Shown here piece by piece: positions 33,650 through 46,561 of a stretch of DNA of 64,000 bases (position 1 is its first letter; every line of letters starts with the position of its first letter). Source of the DNA: Craspedostauros australis. Lineage: Eukaryota. The position numbers and the translations under genes are program-made. The DNA is taken from positions 1 through 64,000 of the forward strand of contig JALAGF010000277.1 of the NCBI GenBank assembly GCA_030167865.1. The letters run 5' to 3'. Under the pieces are notes generated by a model. The model had not been told where the DNA came from. It saw only the letters and a program-made list of their open reading frames with translations, and ran no database searches.

Positions 33650-35503
33650 CCGTTGTTTGCTTCTATTCCGGTACGGTCTGTGGTCTTGGTATGTTGGGGA
33701 ACGTAGAATCAGGAGTGCCGGCTGGATGGGATGCTTTCTGTGGTTGGCTTGTGCGAGCAAAGTGTGTGGGTGGATGTGATCCCTGACCTTCTTGGTGTGT
33801 TTGACCGGTTGGCTCTTGCTTCTGCTTTGGCTGCTCTCCCCTTGGACTGATGCGATGCGATGCGATGCGATGTGATGGTCGTGATGTGATGTTCGAGGTG
33901 GCGTCGTCTGTACTTGTACTCGCTCTGTGGCGTCCTCGTACTAATACGTGTAGATCGTGTGGTTGGGGTACTTGCGTGCTCCTCTCCGCCTCCCGCTGTG
34001 TCGTTTCTCCCTTTGGGTCAGTTTTGCGTTGCTGTTCTGCCTTGGTTTTGGTGACAACCTCTTTGCCTCCACTCTACCTCTCAGGCGGTGTCACTGCACC
34101 CTCGCGTTGCCGCAGGGGCCAAAGAGAGCCGTTGTCACCCTGCTGTTTCTGTTTTCGTTGTTCTCGTTTGCGCCAAACCACTTTGTTTTGGTTTCGGGGC
34201 AGAGGTTTCTGTTTTGTGCGTCTGCAACTGCGTTCTTTTGTGCCTTGTGTTCTCGTTTGTGCTCTCGTGTGTTCTGTCATCAGGCGATTCCGCGGATGCC
34301 TTTGAGCGTTTGTATGGTGGCACCACTGTATCCCTCTTATTTATTCTTTGAGTGCACATTGGGACTCTTCCACGATAGAGCTTTGATGTGCGTTTCTACC
34401 ACCTCAATTTGAGAACCCACCGTTGATAAAACCAACAAACCCTTTTTTCTGTACGCGAGATTGAAGTGTGATGACATGTGACCTCTGCCTGACAATACAT
34501 GCGGGTTAGAAGAGCCGTGTTGCGCCCTCAATGAGACAGCACTTTGTTCCATGTTGACAAACTTATTCTTTGTCGTCCCCATTTCACGAAGTCTGGACTT
34601 CAATATTCTGCACACATCCGGGTTCTCGAAAACGCTCATAAATCCGATCAAAGGCTCAGTCCTTTGACTCCAATCAGTAGCGGCACACAACTTCATTGGG
34701 GATCGAGATGCGACACATTCGCCAAACGAAAGGGACAATCAAGGGTGATCGAACAATTCAGCCGTATTACCGGTTGATTGATACGACTGTAACAGAAGAT
34801 ACGAACAACAAGAACTGCGTCGCGACTTTGCAACCATCCAAAACACGGGAATGGCGGGCAACCAAGAATGCGCCACCAGGAGCGACAAGAGCAGTTAGAT
34901 CATCGCGCTAGGAGATGCGTGGTGATTGATGTGTCGGTTGGTGCGAGGCGATGCGAGGCGAGGCGATGCGATGCGATGGGAGAACAGAGCGACGACGATG
35001 ACGCCCTCTCTCCCTCTGGAGACGCACAGAGACAACGAAGGTATCATCAGTTGACACATGCTCATGACACATGGCCCAATGTGCGATACAAGGGCCACAT
35101 CCTCTTTGTGGACTGTCAATCAACTTCAAGGCGCAGCGAAGAACACGGTAGCTTCCCATCGTGCTGGTTGGTTGACATTGGTAGCTCCAGAGTACTCTAC
35201 GAGCTGTTCATAGTAGTAGGTCGTACCAGAGCAGAACAGGTGACGAGTCGATCATACTCTGTCCGTGCGAGAACCACAGCTCGTGCCATACCCACTCTCT
35301 TCATCACGAACATCGCATCGACTCTTCAGGAAGAACATTGCTGGAGCACCTGATCCCGAATCTGCTGCGATCTGGTTGAGGTCTCGGCTCTGCACCTCTG
35401 CTGAGTTCGGGAGAGGCAACGCCTCACTTGGAGCCCCAAGCAACGCTGTGTCATCGGCACTGCCACTCGTACTACCACCCGCACTATCACTTGCAACGCA
35501 GAA

Positions 35504-37114
35504 ATGAGCGGCACAGGTAAGAAGGATAGGAACGATCCGGCAGCAGCTGTTATTGCTGTCGAGGACAAAGGTTCCGATCAATCCGCAACGGTAGTCGCTC
35601 CTCCTCTTGCTACTGCTGCTGTTGCCAAACAACCAGGAGATGAGAATCATGAGGCTGCACAACAGGCGACTTCGGGAGCGCAGGAAACGGATCTGGTGAT
35701 CCGAGAAGGCTTTCCGGCCCTCTTCCGACCAGGCGGGCCGTCCAAAGGCCCGCTCATCGGTGACCACACCGTCGAACCCATACCCAAACACATCTTCTGG
35801 GCGCAAGACGATGTCATTCGCTTCCGCGATTTGCCTTCGTTGCGTCGTGATTGCGAGATTGTCTTCACAGCGCGCGACAAGATTGACGGTCAGGCCTATT
35901 CGGCGGGCCAGACCTTCTTCCTGCCTGCCACGATGAGGCCGCGATGCGCGTTGGAGGGATTGGTCATGACCATCTTCGATCAGCATCTGCGGCATGTCGA
36001 TCCGACCATGTACAACAGGCAGCAGTCGGGGGCGGAGTGGTGGACGCTGGTGATGGATTATGATGAAAGCAAGCCAGCCAGTCCAACGGCGGCCGAAAAT
36101 ACCAAGAGTGCCGATGGAGAAAAGGATGGCGATGCCAACGGAAGCGACGACGATGATGATGAAGACGAAGAAGACGAGGTCGGGCTGCATTTCGACGCCG
36201 ATTATGAGCTGGAAGAGCAGGCAACGAATTTGCTGCTGCATCCTCGGTTGGCCACAGTGACGTATCTCTCCGATGTCGGAGCGCCAACGCTTGTCATGCA
36301 GAAACGAAGCCCGCCACCCAACGACGTCCACAAGAAGACGCTGGAGGAACCCATCCCCAAGGCATGGTTGTCTCATCCCAAGGTCGGCAAGCACATGGCG
36401 TTTGATGGAAGGCTGCTGCATGGCGCACCGGCTCTATTCTTTCCCAGCAAGCAGAGGTCGCCATCGTCCGGCAACACGAAGACTGAGAATGGCGGTGGCG
36501 ACGGCGATGGCGATGATGGTGGTAATGACGGCAAAGATGACTCGAATGAGCCGCAGGCCAAGCGACGCAAAGTTGAGCCGAAGAAGCGCATCACGTTGCT
36601 CGTCAATATTTGGTTGAACCACTGGGTTATGGACGCTGCCTTGTTGGATGAATCCGTGTGCAAGCAACTCACCACAGCGTACGAGGCCCCGGTCTCTGTA
36701 GTGCCGCAACTCAAGTCAGATGCGGCAGGTGGCGCGAAGAAGGATGGCGCCCAAACGCAGGCGCAGACGCCGGCATGCAAGCCACAGGCCAACCTCAAGG
36801 GCGATGGCTCCTACGTGGCACCATTCGTGTGGTCTGACTCGGTTGATACCTCGAAGCCACCGACCACCAAAGTGCAGAAGGTCACGCTGCGACCATCCAC
36901 GGTGGATCCAGGCGGAGAGGATGAGATCGCCCTCTGCAATCACACCGTCACGATGAAGTACAATCCAGGCATGGAGGAGCTCCACATGGCCTCCTACAGC
37001 GGCGATGTGGTGGAGATGACGTTGGAGGATGGTGCATTTGCCCTGGAGGTGGGCGAGGAGCTGCCGGATGCATCAGATGACGAAGGTGATCAAGGTGGTG
37101 ATGGCGAAACATAG
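35504..37114 (+). CDS. 2-oxoglutarate/Fe(II)-dependent oxygenase-like protein
   Basis: HxD in 'GLHFDADY', 'TVTYLSD.GAPT', distal His in 'FDGRLLHG', 2OG-binding Arg in 'RITLLVNIW', and 'GAEWW' upstream. 536 aa. Confidence 0.72.
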   Translation: MSGTGKKDRNDPAAAVIAVEDKGSDQSATVVAPPLATAAVAKQPGDENHEAAQQATSGAQETDLVIREGFPALFRPGGPSKGPLIGDHTVEPIPKHIFWAQDDVIRFRDLPSLRRDCEIVFTARDKIDGQAYSAGQTFFLPATMRPRCALEGLVMTIFDQHLRHVDPTMYNRQQSGAEWWTLVMDYDESKPASPTAAENTKSADGEKDGDANGSDDDDDEDEEDEVGLHFDADYELEEQATNLLLHPRLATVTYLSDVGAPTLVMQKRSPPPNDVHKKTLEEPIPKAWLSHPKVGKHMAFDGRLLHGAPALFFPSKQRSPSSGNTKTENGGGDGDGDDGGNDGKDDSNEPQAKRRKVEPKKRITLLVNIWLNHWVMDAALLDESVCKQLTTAYEAPVSVVPQLKSDAAGGAKKDGAQTQAQTPACKPQANLKGDGSYVAPFVWSDSVDTSKPPTTKVQKVTLRPSTVDPGGEDEIALCNHTVTMKYNPGMEELHMASYSGDVVEMTLEDGAFALEVGEELPDASDDEGDQGGDGET

Positions 37115-37342
37115 AAAGTGGCACATCTCCGAACATCAAATCTTGTATCGAAACGTAACATAACATAACGCAATGCAACGTAACGTAACGTAACGTGCCA
37201 CAGCTCCTGGCACAACAACAATTGGATTCCTGTTGAGTATGGGAAGGTACTCTGTTCAATTCATCTTTGCTTTTGCAATTACTCTTAATTTCGTGAATGT
37301 GCGGAGACTCATTTGCTCCGGCAGATCAATCTCGTTTCGATT

Positions 37343-40300
37343 TTATAACCTCAATCGTGCGCGTCTCCGGCCTCCCTGCTCCGCATCGCTTCCGTTGTTG
37401 CTCCCGTCGTCACTGTCACTGTCATCATCCCCGTCGTTGTCTCCCATGCCATGCTCTGCCACGATCAGCTCGGCATCATCATCATCGGCACCCCCTTCAT
37501 GACCAAATAACATGTCAAACTCTTCGGCGTACATCTTGGTCTTCTCTGATGCGACGTTGCCGACGATTGCGTTCTTCATTGCTTGCGCTTCCTCAGACAG
37601 ACCATTTGAGGAGTCCGGATCGTCGTTGTCGTCGCCGTCATCGTCACCATCTCTCATGCCGCGACTTCGAGCTCTCTCAGCCTTCACCGCGGCTTCGCTC
37701 TTCACTGGAGTCGCTGCTGCTGCTGCTGCTGGCGGTGATGCCGCGGTATCAGATGAGCTAGAGTTCGATGCAGACGCCCTGTTATTGCGCGCGCCCGGTG
37801 ACGCGGGTGCTGTTGCGTCAACAAGGCCATCCTCTGTCATCTTTCCAAACTTCTTTTCGACCACCTTGATGATCCTTTCCTCGACGCTGTTCTCCACCAC
37901 GAGCTTGATGATCTCCACGGAACGCTTTTGTCCCAGACGATGCACGCGTCCGACAGCCTGTCTCTCTAGCGCAGGATTGAAGCTCGGTTCCATGAAGAAC
38001 ACGCGATTTGCTTGTGTGAGGTTGATACCAACGGCCCCGGATCTATCACCGCCACAACATTCGGGATTGGTATCGCACCGACACGAGCGAGAAGCAGCAC
38101 GGAGCAAAGGTAAAGCATCATGTTACGCATTGGAGTGTAGTGCAGTGAAGCCATGCAGGTGGAGTGAGAAACATGGGGACTTGTTGGATGACTTGTGTCA
38201 ACAGATCCAATCATGAACGATCAACGACGCTGAAGCGCAAACACGCGGAAAACGACAGGGTGCTAGATGGAGCATAAACGCACACCAATGCTCCATGAGC
38301 ATGCAAACCAACTCACCTGATGGTCAAGAGGAACACAGTTGTCGGAGGATCATTCTGAAAGTCTCGCAATGCCTCCGCGCGCTTCCTCATGGTCATATGG
38401 CCTGACAAGGTGCGGAACTGGAATCCGTGCTTGGGTAGCGCCTCTTTCAGCCAGCTCATGGTCGATGTAAACTGAGAGAACACCAAGCTTTTGGCTGTGT
38501 GGAAGTAATGTTGTTGTTGTTGTTGTTGTTGTTGTTGGCGATGGTGTTTTTGTTGTCATCGATGCAATGGCAGAAGGCCAACAATGAATGGTAGTGAGTT
38601 ACGCGTTCTGCGTTCTTTCAACAACCCGCCATGCTGGACTTTGTTGGTACCGATGTCGCCCATGCAGATCGACATCACAAGTGCGATCCCAAATCAAGGC
38701 AATGAGGCCAACAAGCAAGGAGGCACCAACGTGCCACACCGAGTGATAAGGGCATTCATGCACAGACGCACGTGGGCACAAGTCAATAGCCAGAACTTAC
38801 ATGTTGCGTCGGTGTCGCGGATGCGGACGAGTTCCTTCAATAGAACTTGAAACTTTCTCGTGAATACAAACTTCGATAACTCTTTCACTTTTGGCATGGC
38901 GCTTCGTCTGCGCCCATCGACGTCTTCGGTATCGTCATCGGCCGTGGTCTTAATCGGGTACTTGCCTCCTGCGCAAGCAACACGCATGGGCATGAGCGAT
39001 TGGACGAGCTTGAGGTAGTGCGAGCTTAACGTGGCGTAATGCGCCCTGCGGAAGGTGGCGTAGAACGTGGCAGCGGCAGCATCCAACATGTCGTACTCCT
39101 TGCGCTCATCTCGTGAGAACTTCACCTTGACAATCCGTTCCGTCTGAACCGGCGATCATACGTACATCAAGAAGCAAGAAAGATCCCATTTGTTGGTTGG
39201 CGCAACGAATACGCGGCAACAGAGAGGGAGAAATGTCAAGGGCAAAAGGTAATGAAACGAAATGAAACATATAAGCAGCCCGGCATGTTGTGAGCAAGAG
39301 GATCCGACTCGGCGATGAGCATCATGACATGACAAGCTGTTCCACCCTATCATGCTGACAACACAGGTGCCGACATTGCGATGTTTCAAACCGATCGACT
39401 CCAGAAATGAGCACCGTGCCTGCTTTCATCTGGCAGCATGTTTACATGGACATATGCACTCGTCGAGTACAATAATAGTGCGGATACTCACCTTTGGTGG
39501 GAGTGACATGAGCGTCGTGTCTGTGCCGATGTACTTCTGCTTCTGTGTGTGCCTCATCATGATGGGGCGCAACAAGAACATCAGGTCGCCGAAGCTGGTC
39601 GATCCGTAGTCCTTTCGTCTGCCTCTTTCGTCCAAACCCAGGGCTTTCCGCATGACTGCGTCAACCTTTTCAAAGCCCAGAAACTTCAGTTGGTTGTTGA
39701 GATCTTTCAAGTTCGTGTTGATGGGCGTTCCTGGAGAGCAGAGTCGTTTGGCGAGATGATGGTTGCGTGGTGATTGGAATGGAATGGATCGGATTGAATT
39801 GGTCCAAGGCAAGTCGGAACAAAGCATTTGGAATGGTGTCATGCGCACGGAGAGTAGGGCAACTGGTTAGTGTGACACGAACATGGCATGAAATTGACTC
39901 GTATAGCTTGTTTCATTGCAGGGTGCGGATGGGTAGACTGGGACATCAGATTCCACCAGCGGCACGATGGCAACAACGGTGGCACTAGTGGCAGCAGCGG
40001 CGAAGACAAGGTGCATGGAACTCACCTGACACCAGCCACCTGTGGTTCGCGACCAGGTTCGTGATGGCGCGCGAACGTGATGTATCCCCTTGGCGCAGCG
40101 CATGGCCTTCGTCAACGATGATCCGCCACCAGCAGATCTGCTCCAATGGTGGGCAGTAGTTGGGACCAGCCCTGGCAGCGTGGTATGTGGCATCGGACGC
40201 GATGACTTGGTATGTTGTCACAACGATGGCGTTGCGAGCCAGCACCGAAGCGACGCGCTTTCGATTGCCACCATGGTATGGATACACCAGACCGGGATTT

Positions 40301-43300
40301 TCGAGCTTCGACTTTGCCTCCTCGATCCATTGCCCAACCAACGAGACGGGGCACTGATGTGAGAATGTCGCACAGTGTTGGGGAGAAAAAGTTGGAGAAT
40401 ACCACATTGTCGTGTTGTGATGTACAAATATGCGCAACGAAGGAAAGCGTGAGTGGAGACGTCCGAGCACGAGGGAAAAATGTGGACATGGTCCAAACGG
40501 TCCATACGGCCATGGCGCGTGAGGCATGACAGCCAGTAACAGCATTCCACGGACACGTTCGGTCCATGCACGCAGCCCCGAAGAGAGAGAGATAACAGCA
40601 ACAAGTTGAACTCACAATGACCAATGTGCCGTGGCTGATGATGCTGCCGCGCTTTGGTGCGTTGATAGGCATCGCAGCAGTAAGTGCCTTCAAATCCCAA
40701 TCGTAATCTGGTTTGGGCTCTGTTGGGGATCGCTTCTTTTTCAGGCTGCTGGTTTTAGATGCCGGTTGGGGAAGTTGAGGTGCCTGGTTCAGCAGGATCA
40801 ATGCCAGGGACATCACGGTCTTCCCCAGTCCCATCTCCTCCGCGATGAACCCCCCACGCACCACTGCCGGTGGGCCACGACGCAGCGTGTTGAGGATTGG
40901 ATTGTAGTACAAATCCTCACCGGGGTTGTTGACCAGCGGCACCTTCAACCAAGAGAAGCGCTGGACTCCGCCCTCGACGCGTTCTCGTTCCAATGCCCAC
41001 TTGACGGTCTGTCGCTGGAACTCCAATAGCTCTACCCTGAGGCCGTCCACATGATCGACGCCTTCGTGACCAATGTTCTCCACGTGGTGCAAGACTTTGG
41101 AGACGTCGCCTCCAAAGTGCCCAGCATAGCTGCTGTCCATGTATCGCGCGATCGCGCCGTCCTCCGTGGTCACCAACCAGTCCGCATTCGGCGTTGTCGC
41201 TGGATGATACTCCACCTGGAGGGATCGGTGGCCGAAGATTGCCCCGTTGTGGACGTCTGTCCAGGAGGTACCATCTCTGCCGAGCAAGGCTCTATCGCAC
41301 TTCCAATAACGCAACAGCCCTGATGGCAAATCGGTCCCACAATCTACCATGCCGCCAACGCTCCTCTTGCCTGTTCCGGACAGCAGGGAGATCCTCTGTG
41401 CAGCTTGCGATGCGTTTTCGTTGTGGGCCTCGATCGTGGTTCTCAGATCCTCGCGGAGCTTCGCCCTCTTTTGCTGGGACATGTTCTCTTCGAATGGAGG
41501 GACCAGGTTGGCACGGCGCACGTAGTACGCGTCTGCCTCCGCCTCACGATGCTCCGTCAAATCCACAAGGTTGAGTGGGAACATGTTCGTCCATGCTCCC
41601 AATAGAAAAGGGAATACCGTTAAAGCATTCGGCATTGTCCACCCAGCCTGGCTGATATAGACACGTACTCGGATCATCTACTCATACAAACACGCGCGCG
41701 CACACACATGCACACGTCCACACAGATATGTATGCATGTACGCGCGGGTGATGCGGTATCGCATGAAGTGGAGAATACAAGATTGATGGAACGCGAGAGC
41801 CACCATGATCGGTGGAACATTCAGGACAAGGGTGTTAGTTCACGACGAAGCAGCATGCACTGCACTGCAGGATCTTGGACTCTTTTCGTGTTCCTATTGC
41901 TGCGTTTGGCGCTTTTGCAATAGCGGCGATGTCTGTAACCTGCACCAAGGAGAAGGAGACGAAAACAAAGATAGCAGCAACTGCACAGACCGCAAACTTA
42001 CCCCTCTGTCGTTCTCGCTGTCCCATTGGGCCTTGATGTCGCCGTTGACGACCGACTGTCTAATCACCTTGCCTCTCTTGTCTTTCCTCGGTTTTCCAAA
42101 TCCAGCGTACTGAGATAACACTCGGAGCAGGGTGACATGCGATTGATTCTCGACGACAATAGCTTCGGTGTTCTTCGCTTCGACCTTGGAGGAAGCAGTA
42201 CGAAAGGGCGCATGCTGCGAAGGCATTTCGCCGTCCTTGGGGATCTTGGCTGGCTCCAGCACGGACAGGTTTCTGAGGAGAGTAGGCGCGGAAGTGAGCT
42301 TGCCGATCCTTTGGTTGAACATGTCCGACTTCATTTCGGCCTCGTTGTAGGTCCATTGTGGTGAGGACGTGTCAGCCTTCTCCCATGATTCTTTGAATGC
42401 CTGCATCTGGCGCGGGTCTTTGGCCACGATCTGAAATGGGATCTTCTGCGTTCCCATGAAGAGGTCGGACCCCAGTGGGGCGTAGGTCACAGTTTCAGGC
42501 TTGCGTTTCAGTGATTGAGAATGTGCAACTCGGCCACACTTCAAGCACCAATGTGTGGCCGGGTCTGTATTCTTTGATATGCGGCTGTACCATCCGCACT
42601 TGCGACAAAGTGTGAGCGTCGGATTGCCTGCCGCAACTTTGGAATCTGGCGGGTACAGCGATTGATGCTGCGGCGGTCCTTCAACGGCGCGATGGGCTGG
42701 TATTCGCAGCGACTGTATCAGCAACCTATTCAATTCCCCCATAGTTCGGGCAGTTGCAAGTCGAAACAGCCCAGGGAAGTGACCTGCTTCGCTGTCGTCA
42801 TCGCTGTCCTCCTCGCTGTCCTCCTCCTCCTCGGGATCTTGACCATAGATATCTTCGCGGGTTGGTGCTTGTCCCACCGTTGCTTCTGCGAAATTGGTGT
42901 GTGGTGTTGTTGGTTGTGTGGTGGTGGTGCCAGCCTCAGTTCCAGGTCCGGCCCGCGCAGTTGCGCCCGCGGCTGTGCCAGCTTGATCTGACTTGGCCTT
43001 GCCTCTTGCTGCCCTCATGCGGACCCAGAAACGGATCTTGTCACTAGCGCAGCAATGATTCTGAGCCGGGCTGCCGCGATGTTCCGTCATCCAGGTTTTG
43101 CAATCCTTCACCAGTCCATCGCAAACGTAGCAGTAGCACAGGTCGCAGTGCTTCATGTTCTGATTGCGTGCGTCCATGCCGAGGAAGGTGGAGGCCCGCA
43201 CGGATGGCCACAGCTTGAACGGAAACTGCGTGCAGTGCTGACGCATGTGCGGTAGATTCAATTGGTTCACGGTTCCCATGACGGCAATATCCTCCTCGGC

Positions 43301-43885
43301 ATTGGCGCTAGCCTGTTGTGTAACTGGCATACTGGCGGCTGTAGGCACCATGCTCGGTTGAACAGCATCGATGATCTCAACGGCGTCGCCATCGTCGATC
43401 TGTCCAGCCAGGTCTCTGGCACTTGGTTTACTGTCGATCTCGATTATTTCGATGTCATCATCCGTGGCGGATACAGATGAAACCGAGGCTGGCGCAGAAG
43501 CCGAGACCGTTGCCGACGAAGCTTGTGACGAAGGCACGCTGACGGGACGAGGCGGTGTTGATGATGATGCCGATGCAGTGCGTGATGGATGCCTTCTCGC
43601 TGCTTCGGCCTTGACTCGAATACGCTTGGAGGCTGGCTGTCCTGCACTTGTATCCGCAGCGCGCTTTCTTGAGGAAGCGGCTATGGCAGCTGCCGTACGA
43701 GGAGGAGTATTGCCACCGTCTTCATCGTCGCTGCTGAGTGTCAAGTCGACGACATCGGATGCGGGAGGCGGAGAACTTGATACTCCATCTTGGTTGTCTC
43801 CTGCAGCCTTGCTGGCAGTATCGCTCCTCGTTCGGCGTGTGGTGTATCGCACGCGGCGCGAAAATTGTTGTCGCGATGGTGGCAT
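37343..43885 (-). CDS. SNF2-family ATPase (Rad5/16-like motifs) with N-terminal Cys/His-rich domains; 7 exons, about 1577 aa
   Basis: Exons (minus strand): 43885-42002, 41677-40616, 40353-40026, 39730-39492, 39143-38801, 38494-38317, 38042-37343. All introns are GT-AG and phase-consistent; total 4734 nt. Motifs: LLEFQRQTVKW, GGFIAEEMGLGKT, TLVICPVSLVGQW, IVVTTY, RIIVDEGH, RWLVSGTPINT, LVFSQF, SGAVGINLTQAN, QAVGRVHRLGQ. Confidence 0.9.
38508..38536. repeat. (GTT)n microsatellite inside SNF2 intron 5
   Basis: Perfect run seen directly, just before the acceptor on the minus strand. Confidence 0.9.
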
Positions 43886-44142
43886 CGTTGTCTTGTCTTG
43901 TGTTGTGTTGTGCTGGGTTCTCTTGTGTCTTCTGCGAGAATCAAGTCAGCGGATATGAAAGTCAACTTGACGACGACGCTGGTATGGCCTTGATTGAAGT
44001 GATGCGGCACAGTGTGGCAAAGCGGTGATGTCGTAGCTGGTGTCTTCAAGTGCGTTCAGGTGCGATCAAGTGTGATCACGCAGAAACCTTTTCTTTGGTG
44101 CTCTGGCTCTTCCGCTTTGGTGCTTCTTCTTGCTTCGTTTGT

Positions 44143-44165
44143 TCTCTCTCTCTCTCTCTCTCTCT
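44143..44165. repeat. (CT)n microsatellite
   Basis: Seen directly in the divergent SNF2/Era intergenic region. Confidence 0.9.
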
Positions 44166-44926
44166 GCTGTTGCTGCTGATGTTGCTGCTGTGGCCAACGT
44201 GGCACGCTTGTCTGTCTGCTGTGTGCTGCTGCAACGATTGTTGCGACTCTCTGCTTCTTTTGTTTGGGTTGGAAAGAGTTCAGTTTCTGAGGAAAATGGT
44301 GATGGTGTTGTGGCAGAACTGGCAGAACGCTGTCATCGCGTTTTCGTTGTTTCGTGGTCGTTGCAAACTGTCGCTGTTTTGTCGTGTTGCTGAAGACAAC
44401 AAGAATTACCCAACGTGTCGCCAGCAGCGTCAACGACGAGCAACGACCACCGTGTTTGGCGAGACGGCGCACGTACAACGTAGTTTTCCGTGGAAGCGCG
44501 TGAAACCGACACTCGTCGGAGAGATGGCGATTGTGCACATGTTCATTTGCGAATCGTCCAAACTTTCATTCCACCCGTACGAAAGCAGACTCTGGTGTTC
44601 TTGTCTACTCGTGATTCGATCTCATACAAGACCCATCTCCACCACGCAAACCAAAACGACAAGAAACGCCAAGGAAACGATCGGCCATGGTGGAACGCCG
44701 CATGCCAAGATCGCATCGCTCAAGCATCAGGACAGAGGCGGTCCTCCTCCTGTCACTGCGAGTATGGTATCAACTCACAATAATATCCGACCAATTCATC
44801 CATCAGTTCATTGTGTATCATAAAATATATACTAGCTACTCGAACGTACTGCGATTATATAGTATATGTACGAGTCATCACAAGTGATCGTGAACATTGG
44901 GAACAACATCGCGGATCCTCTCCATC

Positions 44927-46561
44927 ATGCAATTCTGCAAGCCAGCAGGTCTCGGGCAGATGATCCGACTTCCTCGACCATCATTAGCGTACGCGCACAA
45001 CACGCTCCGTTTCCGATGTCGCACCCCATCTGCTGATACCAGGAGGCACGCTGTTGCTTCACTTGCGAGTGCAAACCATGGCATCGTCGGTGACCCTACA
45101 GATCGTCAGTTCGGCGTGAAGAACCTCTACCAAGTTGGCGCAGCCAGGCAGTTGCATCCGAGGTATCATCGCTGCGACGGCCTTCGCCACATCCATTGTC
45201 CCGCCACAAGTAGACCGTCTCTTCGTTTGTTCCGCAACGAACGCCGGCCATATCGTGCCGCTCAACCGCAACGCCATCTCAGCACGCAAACAGAATCCGA
45301 CACGACACCGCATGACGCCAAGAAACGGCTTGACGTTGCCATCGTCGGAGCACCCAACGCCGGCAAGTCGCAGCTCATCAACGCGCTCGTGGGATCTACT
45401 GTCGCAGCTGTCTCCCGCAAACGCCACACGACGCGCGGCGGCATTCTGGGAGCGCGGACGGTGGACGACACTCAGATCGTCTTTCGTGACACGCCAGGCT
45501 TTCTGCGGTTGGAGAATGCGAAGGAGGAGCGCCTGGATCGTGATCTCATCGTCTCGGCCGCCGCGGAAATGAAGCATGTGGATTTCGCTCTGCTCGTGGT
45601 CGACGCGGCGCGGATTCTCAACGACACCTACCGCCAGGCCTTGGTGCAGCTCATGATAAATGCCGTCATGTCGGAAGGCAGGCTGGAGGATGAGGATGAC
45701 AGTTTCCTTGCTCATCATGAACAAACGAACGAACAAGGGGCTGCGGCGTTGGCAGAGGTGGAGAATGACAGCAGCAGTTCTGAGGATGGCAACAACAGCG
45801 GCGACCACCAATCATTTCCTGCGACAGAGGAGAGCGATCTGAGACCCAAATTTGCCATCGTCCTCAACAAGGTGGACCTTGTCAATCCCAAGAAGAAACT
45901 GGTCCTCATGGCCATGGAGCTGGGGCGCATTGCGGACGAGGTTCTCAAGTACCAATGTCCTGACCGTCTTGTCAGGATTGTGGACTCCGCCGATGACGCA
46001 GGAGCTGACAACGAATCTACGCCAGAAGATCAGCAAAGCCAAAGCGTGCGCGTTGATGATGACACCCTGCTCAAGATCGCCCCCGTGACATTCTACGTTT
46101 CCGCGATAGAAAAGGATGGCACGGAGGAGCTCTTCAAGTTCTTGCTCGACATGGCAACACCGGCAATGTCATGGGCGGTCGATGCCAGCCAATCCACGGA
46201 CATGACGGACGAAGAACGCATTCGAGAAATGATCCACGAGAAGATCTACAGATGCTTGCATCGCGAGGTTCCGCACAGCGTGAGGCAGGTGAACCGCCAG
46301 CTGACGCGCACGTCGGAACTGATCGTCATCCATCAAGATTTGGTCGTCGAGACCAAGAGCCACAAGCGGCTTGTGATGGGAACAGGCGGACGCACGATGA
46401 GACGAATTCATGAGGCGGCGCAACGCGATCTGGAAGCCATGTTTGACTGCAAGGTGTCATTGAGGTTGCATGTGAGGCACAACAAATCCAACGCCGGTGG
46501 ATCCATCGACAGTCATTTGGATGCCACCAGCACGCAACACTTTGACCAGAGAAAATTGTAG
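44927..46561 (+). CDS. era: Era-like GTPase (organellar ribosome assembly, ERAL1-like) with KH domain
   Basis: G1 'GAPNAGKS', G2 'VSRKRHTTR', G3 'DTPG', G4 'NKVD', G5 'VSA', then 'EMIHEKIY..LHREVPH' and KH-like 'GTGG'. The Arg-rich presequence ending near 'RHLST' suggests mitochondrial targeting. Confidence 0.92.
   Translation: MQFCKPAGLGQMIRLPRPSLAYAHNTLRFRCRTPSADTRRHAVASLASANHGIVGDPTDRQFGVKNLYQVGAARQLHPRYHRCDGLRHIHCPATSRPSLRLFRNERRPYRAAQPQRHLSTQTESDTTPHDAKKRLDVAIVGAPNAGKSQLINALVGSTVAAVSRKRHTTRGGILGARTVDDTQIVFRDTPGFLRLENAKEERLDRDLIVSAAAEMKHVDFALLVVDAARILNDTYRQALVQLMINAVMSEGRLEDEDDSFLAHHEQTNEQGAAALAEVENDSSSSEDGNNSGDHQSFPATEESDLRPKFAIVLNKVDLVNPKKKLVLMAMELGRIADEVLKYQCPDRLVRIVDSADDAGADNESTPEDQQSQSVRVDDDTLLKIAPVTFYVSAIEKDGTEELFKFLLDMATPAMSWAVDASQSTDMTDEERIREMIHEKIYRCLHREVPHSVRQVNRQLTRTSELIVIHQDLVVETKSHKRLVMGTGGRTMRRIHEAAQRDLEAMFDCKVSLRLHVRHNKSNAGGSIDSHLDATSTQHFDQRKL

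Noticed and set aside
34582..34630. Two TTCnnGAA dyads upstream of HSF (possible autoregulatory HSE)
   Set aside because: Only two-unit sites about 1.5 kb from the ATG; a canonical HSE needs three alternating units, so chance is likely.
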